From: Botryllus schlosseri
Taxonomy: Eukaryota
Length of the DNA: 64,000 bases
Reading direction: 5' to 3'
NCBI GenBank assembly: GCA_051294905.1
Contig: CM119372.1
Span: forward strand, 20,896,001 to 20,960,000
Notes under the pieces: generated by a model
Databases searched by the model: none
The model's input: only the letters and a program-made list of their open reading frames with translations
What the model was told of the DNA's origin: nothing
Made by a program: the position numbers and the translations under genes
Part shown: piece by piece, positions 48,153 to 61,644 of the stretch
Layout of the letters: every line of letters starts with the position of its first letter
How positions within the stretch are numbered: the stretch's first letter is position 1

Positions 48153-49509
48153 GCTCATATCACACGGATAAAACTATTTATGAGCCGAAATTACGGTCCG
48201 CACCAGCAAGTTGCACCGGCGGTTTCCAACCTTCAATGGCCGTGACTCCATTTCCAATCTGAAAATCACCCGTGCCCCAGCTGATCACTAAGAAGGTCAT
48301 CACCTTTGCCAAGATTTACTCTCGGAAGCTGATGACGTTCAACATCTTCCCAATCCCTAGAATAATACGACAATCGATCCCCAGGTTTGGAACCACTGTC
48401 CAAACGGTCTTAGCCGACTCTAGGAGTAGGTCTGTACGTTATCTTATAATTGCGATTACAGTTGGACTTATTATTTCAGTGAATGCTGGCTATTTTTTTC
48501 GAAGGATGTGGACCCCATACTAAATTTAATATATAGGCCTATGCGATACTAAATCGCGCCTAGCGCAAAGAAAAATTTCAAGTAGCATACAGCTGTTTAA
48601 TAATAATATTGTTTATGTTGATTTACTATACAATCTTTTAGCGTACTTCAAGCCTTCAAAATTCCGGACATTTAAACATATTTTAGAATTTCCTCCCGGA
48701 CGCAGTTTGAACAGTATAATTTCCGGACATGTCCGAGAAATTCCGGACGTATGGCAATGACAATCAGCAACCATAGGTCATGCAGGCCAAGCATTTTGAT
48801 TTTTCGGTAGGGTTGCTAAAAGCAAGAAATCTGGAGGCAATAATCGCGTGAAGCGAGAAAGAAAATTCAAGTTCAATCAGTCTGCCACGAAATACTTTAT
48901 TTCATGGTAATTTTCAAATATTCACGAAAAAGTTTGGGGTCATTCCCCTTTCGCTGCACGTGGATAAAGCCAATGCATCGAAACTGTTTCTTTTTTCAGT
49001 CATCAATACCTCAAATTTCACGGTCAGGCTAATCAAAGGTTTTGTTGACCTTGTCAACCCATTGTGACTATTATTGTCTCGAAACTGAAGTGGACTTTCT
49101 AAGTAGTAAATTACGATATCTGTAATTGTTTGAGTTAGATTTGGCCGTGTCTCAGGGGCAGGTTCGGATAATTAATAGGAGGCAAAGAGAGTGACCGGGT
49201 ATATAGTCGCAATCCAGTTACCAAGCTACTCAACGAGCCTGGATTGGTGCAGCCAAGACTCCAATGAAGCCAATATAACCCACGATAGTTTGAGCTAGGC
49301 AGCGGCCAAAACGTACGTTATAGCCACTTCTTTCTGCGCTTATATATGCTTGTACGATTTCGGAGGTATTTGTTTTTATTTTAATGACTATAATCGTTGT
49401 ATTCTTTTACAATGTCGTATTTGAGCAATAAATTAAAAATGCGATTGAAGAACGACTATAATGTTTCCAGTTTATCGCTGTAAACCAGAGTAGCATGCAC
49501 CGATTGTTG

Positions 49510-52500
49510 TCAAAGCAGTTCCTTGTCATTGCCACTGGATTCTCCACTTCCGTCAATTTCCCATCCAGTAAAATTCAGTCTATCCCCAACGTATGAGGCA
49601 GGTCCACCACTTGGACCTGTAATGAAAGCAGACTTGTCCAACCATCAAATTAGTTAGTTGGCGGTTTTTGGGTATAGTTCTAGTTTTAGTTCTAGTTGTG
49701 GATTTTAACACGTTAGTACTAGTTCTAGTTGTATATTTTCCAAAGTGAATGGTGTTTTGTCGACTACTATGGTCGTTTACGCCAGGATGATGTTCCTTAT
49801 TTTTGATTCCGTATCGGCCGACTTTTATCACGGCCCACTTCTAGGCTTTTTGTAAGACACCGCTTATTACGCGGATGAGATGGGGAGGAGCATCCTAGAT
49901 AAAAGTCCAGCACTTAGGTAGGAATTCTGGGGTCGACATCGGTCAGACTCCAACCCACAACCCATTGGTGTTGTAGCTGTGGATTATGCCACCACTACTG
50001 CCACTTGAGATGAGTGGGTATTGTGACATTCAAGGAGCCCCGAGGGTTCCCGGTAACACCGGTCAAGAACCTGGGATCTAGTTAGTTGTGTTTCAGTTAG
50101 TTAGTTGCGGATTTTTGAGGGTCATTAGACCTATAGTTCTATTATTAGTTGCTATGGTTTCAAAAAGTGAGTAGTTGTATAGTTGCGCATTTTGATAATC
50201 CGCAGTAGTTGGTACAAGTCTGAATGAAAGTGATAAACAAAACATCGAACACCGCATTCCTTTGAACATGGTTCTTTGTATAGATCAGGGGTGGGCAATT
50301 AATTATCCTCGTGGACAAAATGATATGCAGAAAATACGTTGACGGGCCGAGTCAAAAATTTTAACCAAAAACTGCAGCGTATTGATTGTATTTCTAAATT
50401 GAAAGCAGTGAATTAAATTGTTGATACATTCTGCTCAGGGGTATAACAAAAAATAATATATTTTGCCGTCATAATTGAAAACGATGGCGCACACAAGACA
50501 TTTTGAACCCTTTTTTTAATCCACAGACGCGTTTTTGTATTAAGATATTAAAATACAATTTAAATACTACAAGCATTAGCTTGTCTTAGTCGCTGCCTCC
50601 CGAGCAGTGTGTGCAACTGTGCATACTTGGTGAAATAGCCTTGTTGTTGATGATGGAAATTAGAAGTGCTTCCGTAATTAGCCCCCCCCCCTTAGCCGAG
50701 TGTCTGTCTTCCTGTTGTTTTTGCAATAATACCGTCTTAAATTATACTCTACAGCGACCTGCTCGCCGCTAGCTAATAGGACTAGTTCACCTCTGACTCC
50801 AGTAAACAAGTATTTAGTAATCCGAATATTCTTGGAATTCCGGTCGGCGCCCCTCACCTTTTCTTTGCACATGCCCGCCTGTTCCCCGTTCATCGTTTGA
50901 TTACGAGCACGGAATGATTGGTCTTACAAATTACGGATTTGGAAACGTGTCAGGTAAAACTTTGAAGCACGGAGTGTGTAGATTTGACGATGGCAACACA
51001 GAAGTTTTGAACGAAACTATATGGAGACAGTGACTTTTTTGTTAGTATAATTGCTAGCGCGCACTTTGCTACATTGGCTGTATTTTGAAGATGGATTACT
51101 CGTATATGACGTAGGCCTACGTATGCTACTTTATTGCAGCACATAAATAAACAGGCTCCATAGTGAACGAATGTCCGGCTCAGTTTATACAGCCTATGAT
51201 TTTAGCCCATGGCTTAACATTCAAAAGTAAGTTTTATGTACGGAATTGCAGGTAACCTTTCGCCGGCCGCTCATAATCGCGTCGTGTCCGCACTTTGCCC
51301 AGGTCTGGTATAGATGCATGTTTTCATTTTGAAGTCTCTTTTTTAGATACGACTATAGTCTTGAATAATAATTTAGTATCACAACTCACCCACACCACAT
51401 TCTCTGTAACAACGCTTGCACTTGACAACTCTTTTCCAGTCTTCTACTGGTGAACAGTCGCTGAACTTGCAACGTGCTTGTATATAACATGCCATTCCAC
51501 GAGCGCCTGGAAATAGATCAACTTGCAGCAGAACAGACAGATTGCGGTAACCCCAGCATGTGCGTACTGCATTCCTTGTATATTTTTTCATTACATGCCA
51601 CATTTGGCTCCTGGGGACAGTCATGCTCTTGTTTGCAGAGATCGAGGCACCGAGAGGTCGATTCCAACATGTTTTCCAGACCTATTACAACATAACGGGT
51701 ACCTTGAAAGTGTGAAACTAGACACATAAAAGGTTTTTCGACTTGATACATTTCTTTAGACGTAATCTTGAATTTATACATTGCGGGAAACCATTTTAGT
51801 CAATAAACATATCAGTTAAGGTGAAGTGATTAATGATATCACGGTCAGTGACGTGTAAAATTACATGACCTACTTAGAATGACCATTAGATACTGATAAT
51901 TCGAGTTCTTATTCTATCCTCGCACACCCATCTCTATACTAGCCTCTTGCCCTCGCGCCATATCGAACGACGATGGTTGGTGGTTATACAGCGGAGATGA
52001 GCGGATTTGGAATTTCTATGTCCTAATCCAATCCAAATCCGAAGCTACAAATCCTAATCCAAATCCTAATCCATAACTTCTGTATATTCAAATCCGCGTC
52101 CAATCCCAATCTGATTCTATCTTGAAATTCAGAAAAATTGCTAATTTAGGCAAGGGAGGCATTGGAAATTTTTCTTTCACAACCAACAATACTCATGATT
52201 TAAGATAACTTGCATAGGGCTGTTCCTTTCATGTTCGTCGGCACCGAGTGTACCATAATGTACTGTAGTGTACCATAAGTACATTAATAACTGATCTGAA
52301 TAAAGTTTGTCGCCATTTGCCACACGACATCTCAATCTCCCAGAAAGTCGGTAATTCCAATCCAAATCCTAATCCGTGCTGAAAAAATCTCTAATCCTAA
52401 TCCAATCCAAATCCGACAAAATCTCACAAATCCGTTTTTTTTCAAATCCTGATCCTAATCCATGCTCATCTCTCATCCGTTATACAGTACGTTTCTATCT

Positions 52501-55500
52501 CTTCACCCAGTTGATTATGTTTACTTGCATTGTATCGTCATAACTACGGGGCGATTATTATTACTGGTATTTCCCGCTATCCCCGATTTACAACATTATA
52601 GAGTGGGCTAGACTAGGATACAAATTGTAAAATATAAAGTTCACTGACACCGTGGCCTCTAACAGACCACGGCAATGCAGTTTGTAAGATATTCACTGAC
52701 TTTATAAACAGTTCTCACTGACCTAATGCAACAATTTTGACTTGATGTTGAACTTTTTGACAAGGCAAAAATAATCGTCTTAGCCGCAACACAGTACGAG
52801 AATGTCGAATTCACATTTCATAGATTTCCGACTACGAGTGGCTCGTATAGGGTGGTACTACAAGGTTATGTACAGTGTTGCTGAACTATAGCTGGCACTC
52901 TTCTACAGGTAGGGTTAAAACAAACATGTTTAAAACATGGCCCTGGTTAACCTGTTTTTATTGTGCTTTTTAGCCATGACTTCACGAATGTTCTATTGTG
53001 ACGTTACAATGGATTTCCATTTGCGTCTGTCACAAACGGACCAAAATATCTTTAACCAGGACTACATCGTCAGGAAGCATTTTCACGGTCGGCGGTCATA
53101 ATCATCAGAACATCCAATCCCACCAATTATTATCTATATATACGCGCTATCACCGACGACGATTTTGAGGATTCTAGCCATGCCATATCGCACGCGTCCA
53201 CTATTTCGGGTGCAAATTGACCGTCGGCTCATAGCACATGTTTCTGGAAAGTATTTACACAATTATGGCATAATAATACAACTTTTGAAAAAAGCCCAAT
53301 TTTTTAAAAGGCATTGTCTTAAAACACTGTTAAAACATGTTTTTAGACAAATTGTTTTTAAAACATCATTTGTTTTAAATGCAACACTATCTACAGGGAT
53401 ACTATCTAAAGCTATAGAAACGCACAGGACGCCGCTAGCAAGCATGGGTAAAAGTGTAGCAGCCGTGCTCAATACTGCCCCCTGTGATAGCGATAACAGT
53501 GATGCTGAAACCTATGCAGGAATGGGTGTATTATGAGTCATCAAATACATACAGAGGTCTTTTACAAACGGATTGCAAATGTACATGTGCATCAGATAGA
53601 TCATAGACCTATATAAATTTACTATATACTAACTACTGACCTATATCGAAGCATGGGCGGCGACAGTCGAAGCAATTCTGCATTCGCCGTATCTTTGGTC
53701 CAGCAACGCTACAATTACCCTTGCAATTCGCATGCGCCAATAGCACACAGTCTTGCAAGAAAGGCGATCGCACATCAGCTGCAAATGAATATATTGATGA
53801 CGAAAAAAATGAAAAATATATAATAAAAACGTCGAATTGCACACTGCACACTGTGTCGCTACTTTGAAATGGCCATTCCACGTGTAGGCGATAGGGATGG
53901 TGCAAACCTTCGGCTCACATTCGTGTCCTTGTAATTCGAACCTCGATCAGTTGTAGCAGTCGTTCTCAAACTTCTTTGACACGCCCCCCCTTTAGGATAG
54001 TGAAAATATTCGCCCCCCTTTCTCGTCATTTCACAGAATGAAACCAGAATGCTAGCAATCCAAACTGATAGTTTGATGGCATGAAACGTTATGAATGTAT
54101 ATGAGAGAATTAACAAATATGAAATTCGGACTATACACAGAGCAATAACTATGAATTGGAGGTAAATCTCGCAAAGCGCGAATATTTTTTTCAGTTGAAG
54201 CAGTTTCGCGCCCCCCCCCCCTTCAGATGCTTTTACGCACCCAGTCTGAGAACCACTGAGTTAAAGGTTTGCGTTAAAATAACAGGTAGATCCTGCACCG
54301 TGAACAATGAACATATTTTATGATATATTAGTAATCGCAATCGCAATCGTAATCGTAATACAATGATCAAATCAAATCAGCATGAGCTGATTAAAATTTC
54401 TTGAATATCAACTTCATATCACTCGGTACATCAAGATAGAGGAAGAACCTATTTGTAACAGAAAACTAATATAATCCTTGCATATCGGCCAAATTATCGT
54501 GATTCTCGAGACTCGCATTTAGAGCTGGGCACAACGTTTCGAGTAATCGAATCCGAATCGATCGAGAAATAATTGTAATGATTCCAGCCGAGTATAGTGA
54601 GACTCCACTCTGTCGGTATTCTCACCTCGAGAATATCACAATCTACAAAAAGGTGCAGCAATATTGATAATTGAATTGAACTGAATATTTATCAGACAGC
54701 CGCCGCTTCAAGTCAGAGCAAGTGTTTCTCAACTATGAGCATTAAGCATACATGCCACTGTACGCAGTACAGATCTCTCCACCACGACCTCAGAGGATAT
54801 TATGGCTCTACAGCAGAACGTTTACACGCGGTTGCAGCTGGAACCCCTGACCTATCAATCGAGAAGCAGACGCTCTATCACAAGGGTCGGGAACCATTTT
54901 TGACAATAGAGCCTTATTGATTCTAAATTTTAAATTGTAATTTCCAAAGAGCGATACATCGATGTCAACTGATACGTGGCAATCGAACATCTGTGACGTC
55001 ATTGAGGCACGAAATTGAAGTCAAGGACATGGGATTCGTCGTGTGCGCCGCATTGTTTGCGTAAACACTGAAATGTTACACCGCCCACGGTAATCAAGCC
55101 AGTCGCGTTACGTGTGTGTACTAGGGTTGGATTATCCGGATAACGGTTAACCGATTAACCGCAGTTTTTTTTTAATATCTGATATCCGGATATAATTCTG
55201 CCGGTTAACTGGATAAAGATGTATCATTGCTAATTCGCTTTACACCTTTTGGTAAGTTTCAATAAGTCGTATTGTCAGTGCTGCGCACGGCCAATTAGCG
55301 AAATGCGTGTTGCCAATTAGCGAACGTCTGTGCACAATGTAACACGACGGGATCTCCCACTGAGAAGATCGCAAAATTAGGTCATTGATTGCCGCGCACT
55401 CGGCTGTCGTCGCTGGACTGATTTATCGCATCTCCAACAAGCCTATAGTTCCACTGGCTTGAAGAATCGCATCTGCAGTGGGTGCTGTGCACACTATACC

Positions 55501-58500
55501 ATCGCTGGCCTGCACAATCGCATCTGCATTGGCTTGATGCTCACGATATTATCGCTGGCCTACACAATCGCGTCTGCAATAGGCCTGGTACGAAAGATAT
55601 AATCGCTGGCCTAACCATCGCGCCTCGGGTCTAGCATGCGTTAGCTCCTATCTCTCGGTGGCTTGGAGACAATATGCCGTTAAGTGTATTCTGATTAGCG
55701 ATTGTGATTAAAGAGTGACATAGCGAAACTGAATGATATCGAATGATCGCAAACATGTGCGTTGCAATTGATTCCCGCTGATACTTGATTCGAAAAAAAA
55801 ACGTAACCCCCTCATTTTATTTGAAACACCCCCGCCTTTGTTTTCGGCTGGCTACGCGCATGATCACGTGAATTTTTCAAGGAGGAATTAGAGCGAGATA
55901 TCATGTTGGCATCAATTCCAGTATCAACTACTCGTCCTTCCAGTACTCCAAACCTAAACAGAAGAATGGTCAAAAAGGAATGTAAAGTCTTTGAAGTTTC
56001 TGGGAAACAACCTGCCAATTCCCTACGAAGCGCTGCTTACTATTCAGCCCATGTATGTGGAAACAGAAAAAGCATTCCATGCATGTGGTGTGTAGCCTAC
56101 TCTTTGTTACAAAACTCTGGTTCCAGCTACAGGATGCCACAATTGATGCATTGTGCATTCGAAGGAGGGCGTTGCAGAAGCAGTGAACATTAAATTTGCG
56201 TGATTTTTCTCGTGTTCGCTCGTACTGCGCGTGTACGTACGACGTATAGATCTACAATAACACTGTGTAATGATTTTGCGATCCATTTTCATGCATACCT
56301 CATGAAATCGATTGTATCACTTGGCAGTTATTATCCGGTTAACCGGTTAGATAAATTCCAAATATACGGCTATATCCGTTATCCGGACAGTCAAAATTAT
56401 TGATATCCGAACTAACCCTATAGTTTGCATGTGCACTCGACACTATGAAAACCGAAAGTTGACCATGTGACACTACAGGGTTCGGGTTACTTTTGCAAGC
56501 TACATATTTTTAATTTTCTCTTCGTCGGAGCCACGTGATAATTTTTGGAAATTAAGGCAATTGAAATGGGCATTTCGGAGCAAAATTAACAGTCATAGAC
56601 AACGAATGCGAATTAACTGTATACTTTCAGTAACTCGACTGTACAAGGAATCCGCACAGCACGCGCGAGTATAGCCGTACCTCAGTTGTTTACTGGCGGT
56701 GCCAATGACCTGCTGTTCAATCACAGTCAATCAGTTGTTCCAAGCCGAAAAAAAACTTCTGTGGCGGAGACCATTGTTGAGCGATATCATTTGGTTAACT
56801 TTACCACTCAATTCTAAAATTCTTCGGCGGTAACATAAACCCTACATTATTTCCCGCGTTGCGAGCAAGCTATACCTAACAATCAGGATTTAGGATGACC
56901 ATATTTATAAGTTGAATATTTTATTAGGATGCCACTTCCTATGGAGTCCATTCCTCGTCGATGATCAGGAAAACAATGTGGATTTGAATACTGTATCGTC
57001 ATAAAGGATTCTCCAAGTTCGCTTCTCTCTCTGATTAACCAACACATTGTGAAGTCGAAGATTTAATGGCGTGTTTTGTACAACGAATTATGCGATTGCA
57101 TGGTTGCCTACGCGATAGCAGCTTTGTTTTTGCAACTATACAAATTTTCTATCGGGCTGGACTGATTAGATTTGTACCATGAATACCCAAAAAAACTTGA
57201 AGGCGATTTTACCATTATAGAAAAAGAAACTATATTATATTGGACTGGTTTGTTTGTTTGATATTTATGGTGTTTCGACTATATTATTCATTTAACACCA
57301 GACCGATACTCTTTATTTTTTATTCCGTATTTACCGACTGTAATCAACGGGTTAGTATCGCATTTCCATATCAATAATATAATTTGCATCCCATGACTCG
57401 AAAGAATGCTTATTCTGTCGAAAATAAATACGTCCTGGGATGCATCAATACGAATCAAGCTCTCTGCACCTTCCGTATAGCTCAATTTATAGCTTTTGAC
57501 AGTCCATGCGAACGAATTAAGAATGTTTTCAAAACTACTTACTTAATTGAGTAGATTTAAAGTCAGTAAATTCTACTTCTACTTCAAGTAGTTTTAGGTG
57601 GCTCATGGAAGAAGTACTTCTACTGGTACTTGAGTAGATTTTTTCGTCACTACTTCTACTTTCACCTGAGTAGCTTTCTTGACTACTTTGACCACCTCTG
57701 CCAATCAGTCACATCGTTATGAGTGATATATTTCCAATGACAACAACCATGCACTACTCCATATTATAGGCCTATTGACTACTACTATCTTATACAGATA
57801 GGGCGCGGATACGTAAGCAAAAAGCGATTCTTGTATGAATTAGCTTCGTTACGTCGCATGTTCGTTGTTCATGTTCATGTTTGTGTTTACAGATAGCGTA
57901 TTTTAAAATTTGGTGATCCAACGAGCCAAAACAATATAGATATAGTTGGTCGCACAATCGTTAATTTTCGAAACGAAATGAATAGGGGAATCGACGAGAA
58001 AGGAAAGATCACATTGACGAAATATAATAACAATAATTTAAAATAGTATTACAGACAGTTACACACGAAACTTTATAGCCCAGAACGAGATTAATAAACA
58101 TGACCATGGCCACCTACTTACTGCATCCAAATCTTTCAAAACATTTGGAGCATGTGACATCTAGAGATGATAGTTCTTCAATTAGCATCATCTTCTTGTC
58201 ACATGAATCATTCCCTTCGCAGTTTCTCAAGCAAGATGTTGTTTCCTCTGATATTTTATCCCATGATGTTCTCCACGCATGGCCCGAAGCTGAATATGAC
58301 GGATTCTAAATCACATACTCTGAACTGCTTTGCTATTGTATCGGCCTCGTCAATGACCTAAGATCTGCAGAGCTCTTGAGAACAAGTGAATAAAGTCATC
58401 TCGACTCATTGTACATTTTGACTCTATAGTCAAGTCAAGGTAATTCGAGTCGAGTCAAGTCAAGTCAAGTCAAGTCACGAAGACGGGCCCCTGTCTAAGT

Positions 58501-61500
58501 CTATAATTATTATCAGCCAAACGTAAAATAGAATACGAAACTCTAGAAAGTTGAAACGAATTCATATGATGCAATGGACTATACCCGCCTACACATTCAT
58601 GAGATACAATTTAAGCTTGTTAAAATTGTTGACGAGTAATATAAACGTATACACTATATATTCATTGGATTTAAATAATACAAGAAGGTAGGTTAAGGTA
58701 TCGGCAACATTTTAGGAGCGAACCCACTCTAAAGGAAAATAGAATCATCATATGACCCAGGGGTTCTCGACCCGCATACGGCCCGCATACGCAACATCTT
58801 TCATTATGCACGCAATTACTACCGGCACAATATTGTTACATATTAATTTAGGTACTTAGCGCTCTTATCCCACCTTCTCTGTTTAGTTTGATTACTCATT
58901 CTTTGATGTGTTTTGGTTTGTTGATAAATGCTCGAGTTTAGATTGTTATTGTTTTGAATCGGTATTAGGCTGTAGTCTGGTTCAAGAAAATCCCGTTGCG
59001 TAGTAGACTTTAAACTTAAAGAGTGTTTCACTCACCGAGAATGGTTTGAATAGAAACGGGAAATTAAACAGGAAATTAAACGGCGGAAACTGGGTTTGTA
59101 ACTCTGCGCGGAACAAGGGATATGCTTTCTCAGTTATAAATGGACAACCGATACGTCCTATTTGTCGAAGAACAGCTGTCGTAACGAACCGTAGAATCTT
59201 AAAATGATACCATGAGATTTTCTTCCCGAGTTATACATATCACCCGACCTAAAAAAAACGTTGCTAGCTAGGTGTCAAGCCCAGCAATCCATATTTCGAG
59301 GCATTGTTAAAATTGCCGACGACGTTACAGACGCAGCGTTCAAAATTGCTTGGAAGATCGCTAAACCCAGGACATGTGCTAGAGAAGGTGTGATTCCAAT
59401 AAAACGTTAACATAATGTGCGAATATTCGCTGTTTCCGGAAATTAGCAGCAAGCACAACATCACCTGACAAATTTCGAAGCTACAGTTGTCCGATCCAAC
59501 CGAGACCAGAAGAGTAGCAGCAATGTCAGTCGATCTTTTATCGCATATTCTGAAACACGTTGCCGCGTAGACTACTTTATCCTATAGCATTGGACGAATC
59601 CACCGACTCCACAGACATTGCATAGCTAATTATCGGGGTGCATTTTATCAGCGTGGACATATTTGCAGAGGAGATGCTGGCAGGGCAAACGTGTGGATGG
59701 GATCAGTGGAACATCAACTGGATAAAGCTGACTTCTGTTTAACTATTAGTGCAGGGCCTCAGCCATAGAAGGAAATGAGAAGGGTTGATTGGCGTTCTGG
59801 ATTGTTTAGACATGACCCCGAACGCCAGACTTCTTCTCATATCATTGAGATCTCAAAGTGATAATGGCCTTTGTAACGAAAAAGCTAACGTAATTTTATG
59901 CTTCCTCGCTCACGCATTGAAACAGAGAGCTCGGCTCCCTGGTGGAAAATGCAACGATGCAATGCACGCACCATGAAGGGATTTACTTGCGCCGCCGGAA
60001 GATACATACTCTCAAAAAAAACAGCAACCAAAAACTTGCGAACGCTGCTTTAGATTGCACAAAAATGCACTAAATGCCCGTATACGACTGGTAAGCAGGG
60101 TATATGTAGCCTAAATTTAATATTAGAAAATATATACATTATACATGGTAATAATTTTCTGCGGCGTGTTTTGCTGTTAAATTGTGGCCCGTTATACAAG
60201 GGTAGTAGAGAACCCCTGATATAGCCTATTACATGCGACCCCTTTCTGTTTTCCGATGCAGAATAAAGTATTTCAAGGAATGGAGAAACTAAAAATAAGA
60301 GTTACGTAGGCAGAATCATAGAGAAATGTAACTACACAAAGTATTCCAAAATGATTGTTCTTTGCCATTTAAATTGCACTCCTATTGCGATAGCTGCGCC
60401 ACCAGTTGCCGAAGTCGCGTCTGAACCATTGTCTACTTGAAATGAAAAACGATATTCCGTTTTCAATATAGGCTACTCATATTACCATACTGCTCAAACA
60501 GTTTTTCAAAGCTGCTGAATGTGTAACTTGAATTGTGCAGCTTGCGCCTCGTAGTCGCAAATATTTGGGTTTTGATTATTATTGCACCGTAAGTGTTTAA
60601 TTGTGACACGACGTAACAGGTTACAAAACATCATTGAATGTTTCGAACCAGAAAAAAGCCAGCATCCAATCTTCGTTTCGATGACGAATATTGTGAGTTA
60701 TGGCGACCCCATACAAAGTTAAGGCGACACCACTTGGCATCGCGACCCACATGTTGGCGAGCACTGGGGTAATGTGATAACTGACCTTTGTGAGCAATCA
60801 AAAGAACAGAGATACATTCCTATTAGGTTACTTTACTACCAGTTTACTACAACGTAAGCTGCAAACTCTGATCACCTCGTTTGTGGTCCATTAGTTTGGA
60901 TTAATTTACCTTGCAAAGGTGAAGTGTCGTGCGGCTCGCGCCTCGTAGTCACAGCTATTTGAATTTTGATTCTTATTGCACCATAATTGTTTAATTGTGA
61001 CACGACGTGACAAGGTACTAAAAACATCGTTAAATGTTATAACCTAGAACAAAAAAGCATCCGTCTGCGTTTCGGTGATGAATATTGCGAGTTATGGTGA
61101 CTCCAGAAAAATTGAAGGCGGGTCGCGACCCGAACAGGTTGGCGAGAGCTGGGTTAAGGTGAGAATTGAGCATTGTGAGCAGACTAATGAAGAGAGGTAC
61201 ATTGCTATTAGGTTACTTTGCTACCGGTTTACCACAACGTAAGCTGCAAACTATGATCACCTAATTTGCAGTCAATTAATTTGTGATATAAGAACGAAGA
61301 TCAGTAAAACGCCAAATCATTACTCCAGGTCCTCACGAGTCAACGCATATTCTGAAACGGCTAGTCAAGTCAAGTCAAAACATTTTTTCGAAGCGGCTCT
61401 GCAGGCCAAGTCATACGAAACGGTTGACCCGAGTCATCCCAACATTGCTGCACGCGCGATACTAGTCTGGAAACAATGACGGGTCGCCGAAAGGGCTAAG

Positions 61501-61644
61501 CACAAGGTTGCCTCTAAAACTGTATTCAATTGAGAGAAATAGCATGCAGTAGTTACTGTCCTGTGGATATCAGTATCAGTTTATTACATTTCTGTCATAT
61601 CCATACTTACATGCAATAATAAATATTGATGCAGCTATCCTCAT
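49510..61644 (-). CDS. Predicted secreted Cys-rich protein (~230 aa, two internal repeats, vanabin-like Cys spacing)
   Basis: Exons 61644-61611, 58289-58122, 53778-53641, 51702 (or 51681)-51568, 51506-51390, 49616-49510. All introns are GT-AG phase 1 and the frame stays open: signal-like MRIAASIFIIASSGHA, 23 Cys, tail ..DGSGESSGNDKELL. First and last exons are the least certain. Confidence 0.65.
50286..51307. mobile_element. Charlie-like hAT MITE
   Basis: CAGGGGTGGGCAA..TTGCCCAGGTCTG; TSD gtatagat (50278-50285 / 51308-51315). Confidence 0.88.
51992..52479. mobile_element. MITE with aatcca/aatcct repeats
   Basis: gagatgagc..gctcatctc ends; 8-bp direct repeat ttatacag (51984-51991 / 52480-52487). 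Confidence 0.8.
52910..53389. mobile_element. hAT MITE with aaaac/gtttt repeats
   Basis: TAGGGTT..AACACTA; TSD tctacagg (52902-52909 / 53390-53397). Confidence 0.82.
55122..56420. mobile_element. hAT-like element with atccgg/taaccg repeats
   Basis: TAGGGTT..AACCCTA termini with subterminal motif arrays; TSD not preserved. Confidence 0.65.
57350..57700. repeat. Right-end copy of the 25233-28441 hAT family
   Basis: Matches ~27745-27830 and ~28215-28441, ending gaccacctctg. Confidence 0.85.
58758..60218 (+). mobile_element. Deleted Buster/Charlie-type hAT with transposase remnants
   Basis: CAGGGGTTCTC..GAGAACCCCTG; near-TSD atatgacc/atatagcc; ALDESTDSTDIA*LII at ~59587-59635 resembles the Buster/SPIN/GTF2IRD2 catalytic motif. 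Confidence 0.8.
60540..61265 (+). repeat. Diverged direct tandem repeat, two units of ~390-420 bp
   Basis: gcgcctcgtagtc..gtttaattgtgacacgacgt..ctattaggttacttt..aacgtaagctgcaaact starting near 60544 and 60938. Confidence 0.85.

Noticed and set aside
47896..48262. PT-repeat and GV-repeat ORFs (also ITITIT/LQLQL at 27321-27602 and RLRLR at 44011-45097)
   Set aside because: Translations of hexamer arrays in hAT subterminal regions.
49860..50075. Additional exon of the Cys-rich gene
   Set aside because: Candidate phase-1 frames reach stops without a good donor, and the segment lies between tagtt-repeat arrays of a probable transposon.
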